NCBI GenBank assembly: GCA_965261395.1
Contig: OZ253462.1
Span: forward strand, 192,001 to 256,000
Length of the DNA: 64,000 nucleotides
Reading direction: 5' to 3'
Source: Candidatus Latescibacterota bacterium
GTDB taxonomy: Bacteria > Latescibacterota > UBA2968 > UBA8231
Position numbers and translations under genes: made by a program. The notes beneath the pieces are model-generated. The model made no database searches. It was not told the DNA's origin and saw only the letters and a program-made list of their open reading frames with translations. Shown here one piece after another: positions 39,092 to 50,000 of this stretch. How positions within the stretch are numbered: position 1 is the first letter of the stretch; each line of letters begins with the position of its first letter.

Positions 39092-42000
39092 CTACTTAAG
39101 CAGCAGCATCTTCTTGACTTTGAGGAACTCTCCGCCCGCCTGCAAGCGGTAGAAATACAGCCCCGACGACAAGCTGTGACCGCTGTCGTTGGTCGCGTCC
39201 CACTCCACCGCATAGCGACCCGCGCTCTGGTACTCGGCAACCAGCGTCCGCACCGGCTGACCCACTACGTTATACACGGTCAGTTCCACGTCCGCCGCCT
39301 GCGGCAGCGCATACTGGATCGTCGTCGTTGGGTTGAACGGGTTCGGGAAATTGTCCGCTAGCGCGAATGCGGTCGGCAGCGTCTGGATCACTGCTTTCGC
39401 CGCTCCGGGGTCGCTCATCGTGATCGCTACCTCGTCCCCCTCCAGCCCGTCAATCGTACCGACCAGCCTGATGACCTCGTCGCCCTCCTCCAAGTTGTCG
39501 AATCTTGGGGCGACGTAAAATTTCACTGTCCCTGTTATCGAGCCGGCCGCAATCTCAATCCTAGGAATAAATAGCGCAGCGTAGTCCAAATCGCGCGTCG
39601 CCGTGGACGCTTGGTCAATGACCAAATGCACGGTCGCGTCCTCTGCCAACGCCTCGCCGTCCAACGTGGCGGTCACCGTAATCGTGGTCAAAGGGGCATT
39701 CTCACCTAACGTGTTCGGATCCGCCGACAGCTCGATGGCCGTGCTCGGCGTTTCGTCGTCTCTGATCTTGATATCCGTCGATAGGGTCTCGCCGGTTGAT
39801 ACGAGTGTGGCCCGCACACCCAACGCCTTCAGGCCCTCTTCATCATCGTCGTTGATCGGAGTGATAGTCAGCGTCGCCGTGCCTTCGGTAGCGCCAGCCG
39901 GAATAGTGATAAGCGCCTCTAGTACCGCCGTGTAGTCCACGTCGCGCACTGCCTCCGTCCCTTCGCTTGGAGCCACCAGCGTAAACCGCACGCTCTCGTC
40001 AGCCGCGGCGGCGGCCTCCAAGGTAAACGTTAGCACAACTGCCGTCGCCGCAGCGTCCTCGCGGATCGCCGCCGGCACCGCCGTCAACCCAGCGACCGTA
40101 ACCCTAGGCGCAGGATTGACCGCGATGGTGAAGGTTAGCGTGGCCGTGGCGCTGTTAGCGTCCGTCACCGTGTAGGTGACGGTGAGCGCACTGTCGGTCG
40201 CTGCCGTCGGCGTGCCTCCAAGCGTCCGCGTGGCCGCGTCAAACTCCAAGCCCGCCGGCAACACCGAGACGCTATACATAAGCGGTGCCGTGCCGCCCGA
40301 AGCCGCCGGCAGCACCCAATCGGCAATCGCCGTGCCGACGATGTACGTCTGGTTGTTGATCGAAGCACCTGCTGCGAAGACCGGCACCGTCCCTGCCGCA
40401 GCGATGGTAATGGTAAAGGTCAGCGCGGCTGTGTCGTCGTCGCTGTCTGTCACCGTGTAAGTGACTTCAACCGCACCATCGGACGCTGCCGTCGGTGTAC
40501 CCGCAAGCGTCCGCGTGGCTGCGTCAAACTCCAAACCCGCCGGCAAGGTCGAGACGCTATACGTCAAATCGCCGTCGCCGCCCGAAGCCGCCGGCAGCAC
40601 CCAATCGGCAATCGCCGTCCCAACCACGTACACTTGGTCGGCGATGGCAGCGTCTGCAGCAAAGGTAGGCGCGCCGCCCGCGCCGGTGTCTTGCAGCGTT
40701 ATGTCCACCGTGCCGACCGTCACCTTGACCTCGTCCCCTTCAGCATCTCGGGTGGTGATTTGATTATTGGCGTACGGCACTTTCAGCCTAATTTTCTCGT
40801 CGGCCTCCATTGTCTTGTCGTCAATAGGCGAGATGGTGATCCTCGTCGTCCCCGACACCGCACCGGCCGGAATTATCAGCGGACGTATTGTTGCCGTATA
40901 GTCTATATCGCGCGTCGCCCCAACAACATCGACGACATCGCCGTTAGCGTCCGTATCTTGGGGATCGGGATCAATGGTCAAGAACACGACCACGTTATTG
41001 TCGAATACCTTGCCGTCCAACGTTCCGGTCACCGTAACATCGGTCCTACCAGCCCCTTCGCTTATCGCGGCCGGCTCCGCCGTCAGCGAGATATTCATGC
41101 TATTTGTGTCGTCGTCGGCGAGCACTATGGTTCTAGTCGCCAATACGTCGCCGACCGTAATCTGTATATATATCATCCCCCGCTGAGCCGCATCCGTGTC
41201 GTTGGTGGGGGTGATGGTGAACGTCGTCGTCCCTTCGGTAGCACCGGCCGGAATGGTGAGCGACTCACCAAAAACCAGCGTGTAATCCACATCGCGCAGC
41301 GGAGTGCCCGTCACCGTATCACCAGACGGCAAAACCGCACCCTCCGGCAAAACCGCCAGACTCATCGTCTCGTCCTCGACCGAGGCATCCGTCAAGCTAA
41401 CTTTCACCTCGATTGTCGTCGCACCAGCGTCCTCGCGAATGCTCTCTTGACTGAGTGTAATGGCATCGGCCGTGGCAGCGACCTCTTTCTTTATTTTTAT
41501 ATCCACAGGGTTGATCGTTAGCCCATCATCTGCAATCTGTATCCCCGGGGCGTCGGCATCAAAATCGGGAGACGCCACCCGGATCGTGCCAGGCAACTGG
41601 TTTTGGGGGGTGATGGTAATCGTCGCCGTCCCCGACACCGCATTTCGCGGAATCGTCAGACTCGCCAGCGTCGCCGTGTAGTCCAAGTCGCGCTGCGCCT
41701 CGCGATTGTCCTTGGTCGCATCGTCATCGTCCATATCGCCATCGCCATCAAGATCGGTGTTGGGATCGTCCGCCAAGTCGGGATGATCGCCAATAGTCAA
41801 GGAGAAGCGCCTTGCCTCGCTTAGAACCTTGCCATCCAAGGTTGCCGTCACGGTGATTTCGGTCGCACCTTCAAACCTAGTCAGCTCGGCAACATCCACC
41901 GATAGATTGATGTTTTGGCTGTCCTTGTCGTCGTCAATCAGCCTAAGCGTCGTCGATTCAATCGTCTTACCGCCACCAGCATTGCCGCTGATCACAATGG

Positions 42001-43084
42001 GGAGATCTTCGTCGATGATGTTGTCATTAATGGGAGTGAAGGTGAGAGTCTCCGTTGCCCTTTTTTGGCCAGCCGGAATCCTGAGCGTGGTTAGCCCTAT
42101 CAGGTAGCGCGTATTAAGCCCCTCGGGGGAGATGCTCAAGAGTACATACGTATCCGCATCCACCGCGGTATCGTCCGTAACTTGGACGGTCACTTCGACA
42201 TCGGTTTCACCAGCATCCTCGCGTACACGCGCAGGATTCACCGACAGCTCCAAGTCCGCCTGCACCGTTTGCTGGGCGCTAATCTCCAGTTCCTCGTCGG
42301 AATCCTCCGTTACCTCGGTGGAAGTCACCGTCGCCGTTACCGTTAATGCTGGCGGCTCCGGTGCCCATTCGGATAAGATTTCCGATCTTGCCGATCTTAC
42401 CTGCACTTCATAAATCGCATTGCTGTTCAAGCCGGTAGCCTCGTAAGGCACAGTGGTGCCGGCACCGTCCGCGTATGTTACTTCATTATTATTTTCGTCT
42501 CTTATTCTTCGTTCTGCTACGACAGGCTTCCAATCCGTAGTCCCCTGCTCCCTGTATTTCACCCGGTAGGTGTTTTGATCTTGGTTGGTTCCCGTTTGTT
42601 CCCAAGTCACGGAAAGCACTCCGTTTACAAGTGTCGCCACCACGTTGGTGGGCGCTACGGGCAATCCGGGCACAAGCGCCACTATCCCACTCGACAGAGC
42701 ACGGTCGTCCGCCGTGCATACCGCGCTTGCCGCCGCGCAATCGACGGTTGGCGGCAGCGAGATGGACACATCCACGTTCGGCTCCGGCACTATGGTGATC
42801 TGCCAGCCTAGGTCGCTGCCTGCCGTCAAGCGCCGTGCCCCTGTCACCACGCCGCCGGTCACGTCGAGCACATCGTCCCGCAGGTTCACGAAGCTCATTT
42901 CGATTTCCTCACTGAAGTGAATCTCGAACGTGAACTCGCTGCCGTCGTGCGACTCCGGCATCATCTCAAAGCGCGCCGTCAGCGTTTGGGCCGCGGTCTC
43001 CCCGCTCCATCCCAACACCAAACCAGCGGCCAACAGCCAAGGCACACAGACCAGACGGTGCATCAAAAACTTTATATATGTCAT
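39092..43084 (-). CDS. Large secreted modular protein (Ig-like, Fn3, Calx-beta-like repeats, 2 putative Ig/He_PIG domains, C-terminal FlgD-Ig/T9SS-like domain); paralog 1
   Basis: Signal peptide; RDxDY...IPAG...DDD repeats; LPAGLEFDAATRTL.GTPT x2; NFPNPFNPTTTIQY...WDATNDSG..LSSG.YFYRL. Confidence 0.85.
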   Translation of the reverse strand: MTYIKFLMHRLVCVPWLLAAGLVLGWSGETAAQTLTARFEMMPESHDGSEFTFEIHFSEEIEMSFVNLRDDVLDVTGGVVTGARRLTAGSDLGWQITIVPEPNVDVSISLPPTVDCAAASAVCTADDRALSSGIVALVPGLPVAPTNVVATLVNGVLSVTWEQTGTNQDQNTYRVKYREQGTTDWKPVVAERRIRDENNNEVTYADGAGTTVPYEATGLNSNAIYEVQVRSARSEILSEWAPEPPALTVTATVTSTEVTEDSDEELEISAQQTVQADLELSVNPARVREDAGETDVEVTVQVTDDTAVDADTYVLLSISPEGLNTRYLIGLTTLRIPAGQKRATETLTFTPINDNIIDEDLPIVISGNAGGGKTIESTTLRLIDDDKDSQNINLSVDVAELTRFEGATEITVTATLDGKVLSEARRFSLTIGDHPDLADDPNTDLDGDGDMDDDDATKDNREAQRDLDYTATLASLTIPRNAVSGTATITITPQNQLPGTIRVASPDFDADAPGIQIADDGLTINPVDIKIKKEVAATADAITLSQESIREDAGATTIEVKVSLTDASVEDETMSLAVLPEGAVLPSGDTVTGTPLRDVDYTLVFGESLTIPAGATEGTTTFTITPTNDTDAAQRGMIYIQITVGDVLATRTIVLADDDTNSMNISLTAEPAAISEGAGRTDVTVTGTLDGKVFDNNVVVFLTIDPDPQDTDANGDVVDVVGATRDIDYTATIRPLIIPAGAVSGTTRITISPIDDKTMEADEKIRLKVPYANNQITTRDAEGDEVKVTVGTVDITLQDTGAGGAPTFAADAAIADQVYVVGTAIADWVLPAASGGDGDLTYSVSTLPAGLEFDAATRTLAGTPTAASDGAVEVTYTVTDSDDDTAALTFTITIAAAGTVPVFAAGASINNQTYIVGTAIADWVLPAASGGTAPLMYSVSVLPAGLEFDAATRTLGGTPTAATDSALTVTYTVTDANSATATLTFTIAVNPAPRVTVAGLTAVPAAIREDAAATAVVLTFTLEAAAAADESVRFTLVAPSEGTEAVRDVDYTAVLEALITIPAGATEGTATLTITPINDDDEEGLKALGVRATLVSTGETLSTDIKIRDDETPSTAIELSADPNTLGENAPLTTITVTATLDGEALAEDATVHLVIDQASTATRDLDYAALFIPRIEIAAGSITGTVKFYVAPRFDNLEEGDEVIRLVGTIDGLEGDEVAITMSDPGAAKAVIQTLPTAFALADNFPNPFNPTTTIQYALPQAADVELTVYNVVGQPVRTLVAEYQSAGRYAVEWDATNDSGHSLSSGLYFYRLQAGGEFLKVKKMLLLK

Positions 43085-43162
43085 TACTTAACCTCCCCAA
43101 GGAAAGCATCCCTATTTAAGAGTGATTGCCTGTTGATTTTTAATATACGGAACAATATATGA

Positions 43163-43198
43163 AAATGGGGCCTCAAACCGAAGTTTGAGGCCCCATTT
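43163..43198 (-). terminator. Intergenic hairpin/terminator
   Basis: 16-bp perfect stem AAATGGGGCCTCAAAC; C(UUCG)G tetraloop on the transcribed minus strand. Confidence 0.8.
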
Positions 43199-43221
43199 CG
43201 CTAACGCGCTGTGCGCGGGTG

Positions 43222-46200
43222 CTACTTCAGCAGCAGCATCTTCTTGACCTCGTGGAATTCTCCGCCTGCCTGCAAGCGGTAGAAATACAGCCCCGACGAC
43301 AAGCTGTGCCCGCTGTCGTTGGTCGCGTCCCACTCCACCGCGTAGCGACCCGCGCTCTGATGCTCGGCAACCAGCGTCCGCACCGGCTGACCAACCACAT
43401 TATACACGGTCAGTTCCACGTCCGCCGCCTGCGGCAACGCATACTGGATCGTCGTCGTTGGGTTGAACGGGTTCGGGAAATTGTCCGCTAGCGCGAATGC
43501 GGTCGGCAGCGTCTGAACCGCCGCCTTCGCCGCTGCTGGATCGCTTATCGTGATCGCTACCTCGTCCCCTTCCAGCCCGTCAATCGTACCGATCAGCCGG
43601 ATGATCTCGTCGCCCTCCTCCAAGTTGTCGGCGACTGGGAGGACGTGAAAATTCACTGTCCCTGTTATCGAGCCGGCCGCAATCTCAATCATAGGAGTAA
43701 ATAGCGCGGAGTAGTCCAAATCGCGCGTTGCCGTGGACGCCTGGTCAATGGCCAAACGCACGGTCGCGTCCTCTGCCAACGCCTTGCCGTCCAACGTGGC
43801 GGTCAACACAACAGCGGTCAAACCGGCATTCTCGTCCAACGTGCTCGGGTCTGCCGACAGCGCAATGAACGTACTCGGCGTTTCGGCGTCTCTGATCTCG
43901 ATGTCTGTCGATAGGGCCGCGCCGGTTGATACGAGCGTGGCCTGCACGCCCAACGCCTTCAGGCCCTCTTCAGCATCGTCGTTGATGGGAGTGAGGGTCA
44001 GCGTCGCCGTACCCTCGGTAGCGCCGGCCGGAATGGTGATAAGCGCCTCCAATGTCGCCGTGTAGTCCACATCGCGCACCGCTGCCGTGCCTTCGCTTGG
44101 AGCCACCAGCGTAAACCGCACGCTCTCGTCAGCCGCTGCGGCGGCCTCCAAGGTAAACGTCAGCACAACTGCCGTCGCCCCAGCGTCCTCGCGGATCGCC
44201 GCAGGCACCGCGGTCAACCCAGCGACCGCAACCTCAGACGCCGGAGCAGGATTGACCGTGATGGAGAAAGTCAGCGTGGCCGTGGCGCTGTTAGCGTCCG
44301 TCACCGTGTAGGTGACTTCAACCGCACCGTCGGTCGCTGCCGTAGGCGTGCCCGCAAGCGTCCGGGTGGCCGCGTCAAACTCCAAGCCCGCCGGCAACGC
44401 CGAGACGCTATACGTCAAATCGCCGTCGCCACCCGATGCCGCCGGCAGCACTAAATCGGCAATCGCCACATCAACCGTGTACGTCTGGTTGGCGATCGAA
44501 GCACCTGCTGCGAAGACCGGCACCGTCCCTGCCGCAGCAACGGTAATGGTGAAGGTCAGCGCGGCTGTGTCGTCGTCGCTGTCTGCCACCGTGTAGGTGA
44601 CGGTAAGCGCACCGTCGGTCGCTGCCGTCGGTGTACCCGCAAGCGTCCGCGAGAGCGCGTCAAACTCCAAGCCCGCCGGCAAGGTCGAGACGCTATACGT
44701 CAAATCGCCGTCGCCGCCCGATGCCTCCGGCAGCACCCAATCGGCAATCGCCACATCAACCGAGTACGTCTGGTCGGCAATCGAAGCGTCCGCAGCAAAG
44801 GAAGGCGCGCCGCCCTCACCAGTGTCTTGCAGCGTTATGTCCACAGGGCCGACCGTCAGCGTGACATCGTCTTCGTCATCGTCTTGGGCGGTGATTTGCT
44901 TATTGGCGTATGGCACGGTCAGCCGGATGGTCTCGTCGGCCTCTACGCTCCTGTCGTCAATAGGGGTGATGGTGATCGTCGTCGTCCCCGACACCGCGCC
45001 GGCTGGAATCGTCAGCGGACGCACGGTTGCCGAGTAGTCTACATCGCGCGTCGCCGCCGCATCGTCATCATTCACCGCGCCGTCGCCATTAATATCTGCA
45101 TCAATGGTCAAGAGCATGACCACATCATCGTCGAATACCTTGCCGTCCAACGTTCCGGTCACAATAACATCGGTCGTACCGGCCCCTTCGCTTATCGCAG
45201 CCGGATCCGCCGTCAGCGCGATATTCATGCTATTCGCATCGTCATCGACAATGGCTATCGTTCTAATCGCCAATACGGCACCGACCGTAACCTGTATATA
45301 GATCGATCCGTGCGCAGCCACGTCGGTGTCGTTGGTGGGGGTGATGGTGAACGTCGTCGTCCCCTCGGTCGCACCGGCTGGAATGGTGAGCGACTCACCA
45401 AAAACCAGCGTGTAATCCACATCGCGCAGCGGAGGGCCCGTCACCGTATCACCAGACGGCAAGTCCGCGCCGTCCGCCAAAACCGCCAGACCCACCGTCT
45501 CGTCCTCGACTGAGGCATCCGTCAAGCTAACGTTCACCTCGATTGTCGTCTCGCCGGCGTCCTCGCGGATGCTTTCTTGACTAAGCGTAATGGCATCGGC
45601 CGTGGCAGCGACCTCCTTCTTTATTTTTATATCCACAGGGTTGATCGTCAGTCCATCATCTGCAATCTGTATCCCCGGGGCGTCCGCGTCTGTATCATTA
45701 TCAGGAGATGCCACCCGGATCGTGCCAGGCAACTGGTTTTTGGGGGTGATAGTAATCGTCGCCGTCCCCGACACCGCATTTCGCGGAATCGTCAGACTCG
45801 CCAGCGTCACCGAGTAGTCCACGTCGCGCTGCGCCTCGCGATTGTCCTTGGTCGCATCGTCATCGTCCATATCGCCATCGCCATCAAGATCGGTGCTGGG
45901 ATCGCTCGCCAAGTCGGGATGATCGCCGATAATCAAGGAAAAGCTCGTCGCCTCGCTTAGAACCTTGCCATCCAAGGTTGCCGTCACGGTGATTTCGGTC
46001 TCATCGTCAAACCTAGTCAGCTCGGCAATATCCACCGACAGATGGATGTTTTGGCTGTCCTTGTCGTCGTCAATCAGCGTAAGCGTCGTCGATTCAACCG
46101 TCTTACCGCCACCAGCATTGCCGCTGATCACAATGGGAATATCTGCATCGATGACATCGTCATTAATGGGGGTGAGGGTGAGGGTCTCCGTTGCTCTTTT

Positions 46201-46875
46201 CTCGCCAGCCGGAATCCTGAGCGTGGTTAGCCCTATGAGGTAGCGGGTATTAAGCCCCTCACCGGAGATGCTCAAGAGCACATACGTATCCGCATCCACC
46301 GCGGTGTCATCCGTAACGGCGACGGTCACTTCAATATCGGTCTCACCGGCGTCTTCGCGCACACTCGCAAGATTCACCGACAGTTCCAAGTCCACTTGCA
46401 CCGTTTGCTGGGCACTAATCTCCGGTTCCTCGTCGGAATCCTCCGTTACCACTGGGCCGGACACAAGCACCGCCAGCCCGACCGACAGAGCCCGGTCGTC
46501 CGCCGTGCATACCGCACTTGACGCCGCGCAATCGACTGTCGGCGGCAGCGAGATGGACACATCCACCTCCGAATCCGGCTCGATGGTAATCTGCCAGCCT
46601 AGGTTGCTGCCTGCCGTCAAGCGCCGCGCACCTTTCACCACACCGCCGGTCACGTCGAGCACGTCGTCCCGCATGTTCACGAAGCTCATTTCGACTTCTT
46701 CACTGAAGTGAAGCTCGAACGTGAACTCGCTGCCGTCGTGCGACTCCGGCATCATCTCAAAGCGCGCCGTCAGCGTCTGGGCCGCAGCCTCCCCGGTCCA
46801 TCCCAACACCAAACCAGCGGCCAACAGCCAAGGCACATAGACTAGGCGCTGCATCAACAACTTTGTGTGCATCAT
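43222..46875 (-). CDS. Large secreted modular protein; paralog 2 (as paralog 1 without Fn3)
   Basis: Colinear and highly similar to paralog 1; same signal peptide and C-terminal domain. Confidence 0.85.
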   Translation of the reverse strand: MMHTKLLMQRLVYVPWLLAAGLVLGWTGEAAAQTLTARFEMMPESHDGSEFTFELHFSEEVEMSFVNMRDDVLDVTGGVVKGARRLTAGSNLGWQITIEPDSEVDVSISLPPTVDCAASSAVCTADDRALSVGLAVLVSGPVVTEDSDEEPEISAQQTVQVDLELSVNLASVREDAGETDIEVTVAVTDDTAVDADTYVLLSISGEGLNTRYLIGLTTLRIPAGEKRATETLTLTPINDDVIDADIPIVISGNAGGGKTVESTTLTLIDDDKDSQNIHLSVDIAELTRFDDETEITVTATLDGKVLSEATSFSLIIGDHPDLASDPSTDLDGDGDMDDDDATKDNREAQRDVDYSVTLASLTIPRNAVSGTATITITPKNQLPGTIRVASPDNDTDADAPGIQIADDGLTINPVDIKIKKEVAATADAITLSQESIREDAGETTIEVNVSLTDASVEDETVGLAVLADGADLPSGDTVTGPPLRDVDYTLVFGESLTIPAGATEGTTTFTITPTNDTDVAAHGSIYIQVTVGAVLAIRTIAIVDDDANSMNIALTADPAAISEGAGTTDVIVTGTLDGKVFDDDVVMLLTIDADINGDGAVNDDDAAATRDVDYSATVRPLTIPAGAVSGTTTITITPIDDRSVEADETIRLTVPYANKQITAQDDDEDDVTLTVGPVDITLQDTGEGGAPSFAADASIADQTYSVDVAIADWVLPEASGGDGDLTYSVSTLPAGLEFDALSRTLAGTPTAATDGALTVTYTVADSDDDTAALTFTITVAAAGTVPVFAAGASIANQTYTVDVAIADLVLPAASGGDGDLTYSVSALPAGLEFDAATRTLAGTPTAATDGAVEVTYTVTDANSATATLTFSITVNPAPASEVAVAGLTAVPAAIREDAGATAVVLTFTLEAAAAADESVRFTLVAPSEGTAAVRDVDYTATLEALITIPAGATEGTATLTLTPINDDAEEGLKALGVQATLVSTGAALSTDIEIRDAETPSTFIALSADPSTLDENAGLTAVVLTATLDGKALAEDATVRLAIDQASTATRDLDYSALFTPMIEIAAGSITGTVNFHVLPVADNLEEGDEIIRLIGTIDGLEGDEVAITISDPAAAKAAVQTLPTAFALADNFPNPFNPTTTIQYALPQAADVELTVYNVVGQPVRTLVAEHQSAGRYAVEWDATNDSGHSLSSGLYFYRLQAGGEFHEVKKMLLLK

Positions 46876-46939
46876 GACTCTACCTCCCCAAGGAGAGCAT
46901 CCCTATTTAAGAGTGATTACCTGTTGATTTATAATATAC

Positions 46940-46977
46940 GAAATGGGGCCTCAAACAGAAGTTTGAGGCCCCATTTC
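46940..46977 (-). terminator. Intergenic hairpin/terminator
   Basis: 17-bp perfect stem GAAATGGGGCCTCAAAC-agaa-GTTTGAGGCCCCATTTC, near copy of the 43163 hairpin. Confidence 0.8.
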
Positions 46978-47003
46978 TTTATCAGTACACAGTGTAGTAG
47001 TTG

Positions 47004-50000
47004 CTACTTGAGTAGCAGCATCTTCTTGACCTCGTGGAACTCTTCTCCCGCCTGCAAGCGGTAGAAATACATCCCCGACGACAAGCTGTGTCCGCTGTCG
47101 TTGGTCGCGTCCCACTCCACGACGTAGCGACCCGCGCTCTGGTGCTCGGCAACCAGCGTCCGCACCGCCTGACCGACAACATTATATACGGTCAGTTCCA
47201 CGTCCGCCGCCTGCGGCAACGCATACTGGATCGTCGTCGCCGGGTTGAACGGGTTCGGGAAGTTGTCCGCCAGCACAAAGGCGGCTGGCAGCGTCTGCAA
47301 TGCTAGCGACGCGGTCGCGCCGTTGGCGTCCGTAACCGTATATGTATAGGCAGTTTCTGCTTCCGCGCTTGGCGTCCCTGCAATGGTCCGCGTGGCCGCG
47401 TCGAACGCGAGGCCCGCCGGCAGGGCCGGCGACAGGTGGTACGTCAACGGTGCCGTGCCGCCCGATGCCTCCGGCAACACGAGATCTTCCACGCGCTGGC
47501 CAACGATAAATTCGCGGATTTCAGCCAAGTCGTGTGAGGCCGTCGGAACGATCTTGCCGGAGCCGAAAAAGTTGAAGAAATCGCCAAACGTCAGCCCAGC
47601 GTTGACCGTAATGGTAAAGGTCAACGCGGCGACATTCCCGGCACTGTCGATCACCGTGTAGATGACGATGAGCGCACCGTCGATCGCTGCCGAAGGGGTG
47701 CCCACAATCGTCCGCGTGGCCGCGTCAAATAGCAAGCCTGCTGGCAAGGCTGAGACGCTGTACGTCAGCGGTGCAGTGCCACCCGAAGCGGCCGGTAACA
47801 CGAGCGGGGTAATCGCCGTCCCAGCGGTGTACGTTTGGTTTGGGATCATGGTGTCGGCGGCGAAGCCAAAGGACGAACCATCCGGCATCTCCGGCTCCTC
47901 CGGTGGCATCGTCATCGCTGCTTGGTCGCTCAGCGTGATCTCTGCCTCGTCCCCCATCAATCCGTTAATCACACCGATCAGCTTGATGGTTTCGTTGCCC
48001 TCTATTAGATCGTCGTCAATTATGCGGATCGCAAACTGCGTGGACCCCGTTATCGAGCCGAGTGGAATCTCAATCACCGGATCGAATAGCGCGGCGTAGT
48101 CAACATCGCGCGTCGCTGTTGACGCCGCATCAATGGCCACGACCACGGTTGCGTTCTCGGCCAACGACTTCCCGTCCAACGTGGCGGTCACCGTAACCTC
48201 GGTCGCACCGCTTCCCTCAATCAACGTGTGCGGATTCACCGACAGCGCGATGGACGTACTCGGCGTTTCGTCATCGACGATTTTGATGTCCGTCATTAGC
48301 GTCGCACCAGAGGTGAACGCAGCCTGTACACCAATCGCTCTCAGGCCATCCACCGTGGAGTTGTTAATGGGGGTGATGGTGAGGGTCCCCGTCCCAACGG
48401 TAGCACCGGCCGGAATGGAAATGATCGCCCCCAAGGATGCAGTGTAGTCAATGTCGCGCACGGCCTGCTTGCCTTCGCTTGGAGCAACAACCGTGAACGT
48501 CACGATCTCGGCTGTGGCCTTCGCAGCCGCCAAGGCCACGGTCAACGAGACTTGCGTCGCCCCAGCGTCCTCGCGGATCGCCGAAGGCGTCGCCGTTAGC
48601 TGCGCATCGGCAACCGGGGGCAGCATCTCGCCCTCTGCGACCGTGATGGTGAAGATCAACGCACCGGCAGCACGGGCATTGTCAATCACCGTGTAGATGA
48701 TGGTGGCCGCACCGTTGGTCTCGGCTGTAGGCGTGCCCGAAAGCGTCCGCGTGGCCGAGTCAAACGCCAAGCCCGCCGGTAGGGTCGAGACGCTGTACAT
48801 CAGCGGAGCAGCACCGCCCCTAGCTTCCGGCAGTACGAGAGGATCAATCGCCGTGCCAACCGTGTACGATTGATTGGAAATCGAATCGGCGACCGCGAAG
48901 GTTGGGCGCGTCGGATCCAGCGGCGTTGGCTGCGCACCGTCCTCATGGACGTCTTTCAGCGTTATCGCCGTTCCGACTACAACGAGCTTTTCTTTGACTC
49001 CGTCTTCATTTATAGCTTCGGGTTCACCCGAACTCTTCAAGCCGATCTTCTCGTCCCCTTCCTTCCCGTCGTTGGCCGTGGGGGTGATGGTGATCGTCGC
49101 CGTCCCTTGTGTCTGGCCGCCCGGAATCACCAAGGAGCTGAGGGAGGCTGTGTAGTCCAAATCGCGCGTCGCAGCCTTATCATCAGCATTCACGGTGCCA
49201 TCGCCATTAATATCGTTATTAATGATCAAGGGCACGACCACGTTATCTCTGAACACTTTCCCGTTCAAGATGCCGGTCACTGTGACCGAGGTCACCCCAG
49301 CGCTTTCATTTATCTCGGCTGGACTCACCTCTAGCGCGATCGAATCGCTTGTCGTGTCGTCGTCGGTAATCAGGATGCCTTCAGAGTAGGTTTTGCCTCC
49401 AACCGTCGCAGTCACCTTGAAAGCCCGGAGTCCATCTTCTCTGTTGTTGTTGAGGGGGGTGACGGTCATCGTCGTCGTCGCTGTGGTCTCGCCCTTCGGG
49501 ATGACAAGTGCCTGCACTTGCGCCCGATAATCCACATCACGATCCGCATCATCCGCCAGTTGGAAACGGTCGCCTATATCCGATCGCCCCTGTAGCTCTT
49601 TTATGTCTTCATCGGTGTCCGAAATAGTGAACACCACCGTCTCGTCAGTCAACAAAGCGTTCTGCAAGGAAATCTCCAGCCTGACATTCTTCGTCTCAGC
49701 GTCCTCGCGGATCGAGAAAGGCATCGCTATGAGCCCTTTAATCCCTGTCTCGGGACCAGCCGTTATCTCGATTGAACTCGGATTAACTGGTATAGAAATG
49801 GCAGTGGTGGCACCGGGTCTCGTCATGGCGTTAGCAGGCTTCACCCGAACAAGGCCTACTTTTTCGTTCAGGGGGGTGATGGTAATCGTCGCCGTCCCCG
49901 ACACTTGGCGCCGTCGAATGGTTATCGGTTTCAGCGTCGCAGTATAATCTATATCGCGCCTCGCGATAGTCGTCCCCTGCGCACCAGTATTATCAATAAC

